A stretch of DNA of 54,760 bases, the filler included, from Sluysia triapertura (Eukaryota): the NCBI GenBank assembly GCA_046118255.1. It is 4 parts of 4 records of this genome, joined end to end, with 100 filler letters (N's around TTAATTAATTAA, not from the genome) between each part and the next. Parts side by side here need not be neighbours in the genome. Positions count along the whole stretch, not along the records: positions 43,563 to 54,760 come from JBJNIA010187468.1; 3 more parts are not named here. The stretch is one strand, 5' to 3'. This document shows, in pieces, positions 50,398 through 54,760 of this stretch. The translations under genes and the position numbers were made by a program. Position 1 is the first letter of the stretch, and each line of letters starts with the position of its first letter. The notes beneath the pieces were generated by a model. It had not been told where the DNA came from. It saw only the letters and a list, made by a program, of their open reading frames with translations, and did not search any database.

Positions 50398-53300
50398 ACC
50401 AAATGAACAGTAATGTTTGTTATTTTATCGTTGTTATTTTGCCAATTTTTGTTTTTGTTGTTCGATTTATATGATTAAGAACCTTAAGTCCACCTTTAGA
50501 AAGATAAATAGTTTATAAATAGTTTTAATAGTTTATAAATTTAATAATGCTTTTCATAAATTAATGTTTTATAATCAAATTAATAAAGTACCAAACATAA
50601 AAACATTAAAGTATGTTCTTTTTGTAATTACTTAATGAATACTATTACACCTACTTTATTAAAAATATTAATTATGATTAGTTTTGACGTTTAAAGTATC
50701 TTACGCTCTTAAACAACAGCACCATTTTCAAACCTCATCAGAAATACAGGTGCAAAATCCAGAGCATTAGAATATATTAAATTAGAAATTTATAAATTCA
50801 AATCGTTTTTAACTCTCATTTTAAACAGAGGCGTAAGTAATATCATTTTCAGATTTTAAGATATTTATAAGCATTGAATATTATAGACAATTCTATTCTT
50901 TTTGTAAGATATTAGTTGTAGAGACCTGCAGACAAACCATTTTGTATGCCTTGGATAACAGGCAACCTCATTAAATTATTTCCCATTTATGATAGTAGGT
51001 TTCTTAATTTAATATAATTCCATCTTATTTTTCTTATTTGTTTTAAAATTTTCTTTTGAATCAAATTATTAATTATACCGAATTATTTCTATTTTAATTT
51101 TGTGATTATTGAAAAAGATTCATATAAAGACCCTCGTCATATCATTAGGCAAAACATCATTATGTACAATATTAATAGTGACATTAAGTTAAACTTCTAA
51201 CGCACCGGCAAAATTAGGAAAAAAATTATAGAATAGATTGACAACACAGACCTTAAGAATAGAAGCATTTCTGACAGCATATATGTTGCATAAACACGCC
51301 TACTGTACGATTTAAGTTATGGATTGTAGCCGAATCATTAAATTAACTCATGTTTGTAGCGTCTTCAGTTTAAGAAAATCTCAGCAGAAAGTAGAAATGG
51401 CATTCATTGTGAATCGAGTTATTTTGATTAAAGCATTTTCTATAGAGAGTTGCATATAAAGCCAATAAAAAGAATGTCGAAAATACTGAAGAATTCAAAT
51501 AAATAATTCTGCTTTGTAAATAAATGTATTGTAGTATTTGTTGCGTCTTTAATATTTGCTAGTAAAAATAAATTCAATATTGGATAGATGCACTCAATAA
51601 ATCACGAAATTAAATATAAATTATCACAAATTATCTTACTCTAAACAATGATATTTATTTAGTCAAAATACTACGCTTTTCGATTTAAAATTAATAATAG
51701 CTCAATAATTCAGAAACTACAAAATCAAATACCAGTCATTATTATAATTTATTCTTTAATAATAATACAAATGAATTAAATCAAAATGACTAGATCTCAA
51801 AGCTAGCAATAATATATATGACAATATCAGAAAAGCAATATTCTATATCTATGGAAACATTATTGTTGAAATGTTAAAATGTTTATTGAATAACGACGTG
51901 AATTTATTGTGATGATTGTGTAATACAGAATGTATAAAGGGCTATTAAATAATTAATGAATATGATTTACATTGGGAATTTTATTAACTATGTTCTGAGT
52001 TAAAGATTTATTATGTATTGTAATGAAATCAGACATTATGAGCTGAGCCACCACCACAGGTTGTTATTTGTTTATTATTGGCCTTTATTTGTTAATATAG
52101 TTTTATTTAATAATGATCTTAATGATTGTTTCATGGGTTAAAGAGAATTTTTATTATTTTTATATTTTCTTTATGTTCAGTTTTGTAATTTCTCAGTTTA
52201 AAAATTGTAAATTTTTTTATAATTTTTTTACGCATGATTTTGTCAACAATTAATAAATGAGTATTAAAAATTTTGATTGCTGGATTTGGAATAGGTGCTT
52301 TGTAAGAGTTATATGTAAAAAAGATAAGAAATGTTTCAAAGAAACTTGTTATGATATACACGTTTTAAGAACTGAAATTAATGATTTGAACATATGGTGA
52401 TATGGATTTAGATAATGAAATAGAAGGCACAGTGTCATTTTATTCTTACTGAGAACTCTTCGAACTCTTGGATCTGATTACAAGTGGATCAAATAAACAA
52501 GTGAAGTTTGAACGTGGTCTATCATAATTTAGAGCATTACTAAAAACACAAAATATCGTAAAACAATTATTTTAAAAATGATGATGTATTTGAAATTTTA
52601 ATTAAAATGATTATTGGTTAAGTTAATTATCAAAAATATCAAAAAATGTTAATTATACATTAAATACATTAATTGATTAAAATATCCAAAATATAGAGGT
52701 CAAGCAATTTCAAATAAAATTAATAGTGTATTACTTCCTATTGTTACATATGGGATAAATAAAGCACGTCGTGAGCAAGAGAATTATGAATAATTCCTTA
52801 TCAAAAGAAGACGTCGAGAAAAATATGGTAGGATACAAAAGTTTCTCTTGACTGCTATTGGTAGAAAAAAAGGAGATATTTCAATTGAGTGAGAAATCAC
52901 AGGGATAATTATTTTATATTCTAATATTTATGATAAATGCAAATATATTTTAAATTGTGTTGATGTTTTTTTGATGATTTACAGAGTAGTAGAGATATTT
53001 AAATACATTTTAAACCGGATTTAAATAAAGTTGTGGAAAGAGTATTAGAAAAGTATGAAATTAATTATTCAGTTTAATTTAATCGTTCTTTAAAAAGAAA
53101 GAAATATAATTAACACATAATGATATACATACACGAGACTTAATAGTCTTACATTAGTTGATATAGATTAATTAATTTTCGTAAATATTTGGCAAGAAAG
53201 AAATGTAAAACAAATAAAAATAAACCAAAATATGACTATTGTGTGCGAATATCATATATTTCAACTACTCCATTCATTAATAACATTCATAATCATTGTA

Positions 53301-53899
53301 ATGAACAAAATATATAAATGATTTATGAAGTTTGTACAAGGTACATTCCAATAATACCTGTTTTAAAAGGTAGTTAGACGGTATGAAAAGAAAATTTTAT
53401 CGTGAAGAATTATTATACTGAATCTATAGTTAAAAAATAAAGGAAAAATACAAAAAAAATACTAATTAAATGTGTTGTATACAAACCTGAATTAATATTT
53501 AAATCACAGTTGGTAATGTAAACAATAATAAGATTAATTTTCTTTAACTTACAAAATAAACAGTGAAAGCTTTTATTTGAATTTAGTAAGCAATAATTAT
53601 TCATATGGTGGCTCCTCACTACGCAACTTCCAATTTTGTATACAAAGTTATTCAAAACCATTCAAAACTGTGTATACAAAGTTGTACACAGATCATACAA
53701 CTTTTCATTCCATATCCTTCATTCCCTTTTACACTTTGTGAATTCACATTATACTTTTCTTTAACGTGAATAGAACAAGTAAACAATACAAATTCATATT
53801 TTACACTCAGGAAAATCAGAACTTAGACAAAATATAAACATATTTTACTTTAATGACTCGAAACAGCTTAAATTAAAACATTTCTAAAGTAGGACGAAC

Positions 53900-54029
53900 T
53901 TTTAGACTTCGTAAAATGGACTGACTGGGAATCGAACCCGAGATCTCTCGTTGCGCAATTCGATGCTCTACCACTGAGCTATATTATAGTCAATATTTAT
54001 ACAAGGCACTTTAGGTCGTTATCCCAACA
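53900..54029 (-). mobile_element. tRNA-containing mini-LTR (internal deletion)
   Basis: Reverse complement TGTTGGGATAACGACCTAAAGTGCC...ATAGCTCAGTGGTAGAGC...CGGGTTCGATTCCCAGTCAGTCCATTTTACGAAGTCTAAAA; perfect TSD GAAC/GAAC (53896-53899, 54030-54033). Confidence 0.85.
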
Positions 54030-54691
54030 GAACTTCACAATTTTCTTAAATATACTAATCTCATTGTAAGCAATTCTTTATTCATTTCATTTCTCTTTGA
54101 CGTCAGAATATTTAAAATCAGCAAAAAATTATTCTTATAATGAAAATATTATTATAGGTTTTAATTATTACAAAATTTCTCCTTCAAACGTTACTTATTT
54201 ATATTTCTCATGCGGATTCTGTCATAAAGCAGGACTCAAACTATTAGACAAAACAATTATTTTAGCAGAACCAAACCATACACGGAAGCAATGAAGAACG
54301 CATACAAGATAGTGCATAACATAAGCATTCACTGATATTTGTTATGTACTCTGTAGCCAATTGGAACTACTCATTTCAACAACTCTATTTATTGCTTTAT
54401 TTTCAACAAACAATAGAGCAAATAAGTTTATAAATAATGCAAATGTAATGCACTTATATCCATATAAAAATCTTCAACTTTTTCTGAAGCAAATAATAGT
54501 TCAATACGTTTTTTTATAACAAATAAAGTTGATATTTGAGTAACAATTGTAGTAAATACTACAACTACTTCGTTTCTTTTGTAACTAAAAAATTTATCAT
54601 CTGGCTTTATTGCTTCATTTTTAGTGTAAAATGTCAACAAAACGAAATGTAATATAATAACTTTGAAATAACAGTAATGATAGTAATTATA

Positions 54692-54693
<2 letters not shown>

Positions 54694-54760
<67 letters not shown>
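54694..54760. repeat. (AAT)n microsatellite at window end
   Basis: Tandem AAT. Confidence 0.95.

Noticed and set aside
50920-50998. RPADKPFCMPW as an EF-Tu/HBS1 domain II start
   Set aside because: Similarity stops after ~10 residues.
1-54760. CRISPR arrays, rRNA, prokaryotic operons
   Set aside because: No regularly spaced repeats, rRNA-like sequence or dense operonic ORFs; content is eukaryotic.

Overview
Very AT-rich eukaryotic genomic DNA made of contigs joined by gaps: three 100-nt gaps carrying an artificial TTAATTAATTAA stop linker (10875-10974, 25828-25927, 43463-43562) and one plain N gap (12240-12377). An EF-hand + dynein-light-chain-like (TAL-type) ORF suggests a parasitic flatworm (inference). 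The window is mostly nested, decayed transposons: solo LTRs with 4-bp TSDs, a Ty3/gypsy protease-RT remnant, a piggyBac transposase remnant and TTAA MITEs, and a Tigger/pogo remnant. It also holds one clean Trio/Kalirin exon and many disabled or chimeric host-gene copies (two CCCH zinc-finger paralogs, DEAD-box helicase, Mago nashi fusion, CHID1, CLK kinase). Main observations: (1) a ~140-155 bp TG...CA mini-LTR with 4-bp TSDs that contains a whole tRNA-like Pol III unit (5 copies, one with a paralogous empty site); (2) a chuvirus-type envelope glycoprotein pseudogene beside an LTR-like block carrying a conserved, covarying RNA hairpin; (3) a reused promoter module (ACTGTCA-N4-TGACAGT plus CCAAT boxes) upstream of different RNA-regulator-derived cargo genes. 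All protein identifications are motif recognition by eye; no database search was run.
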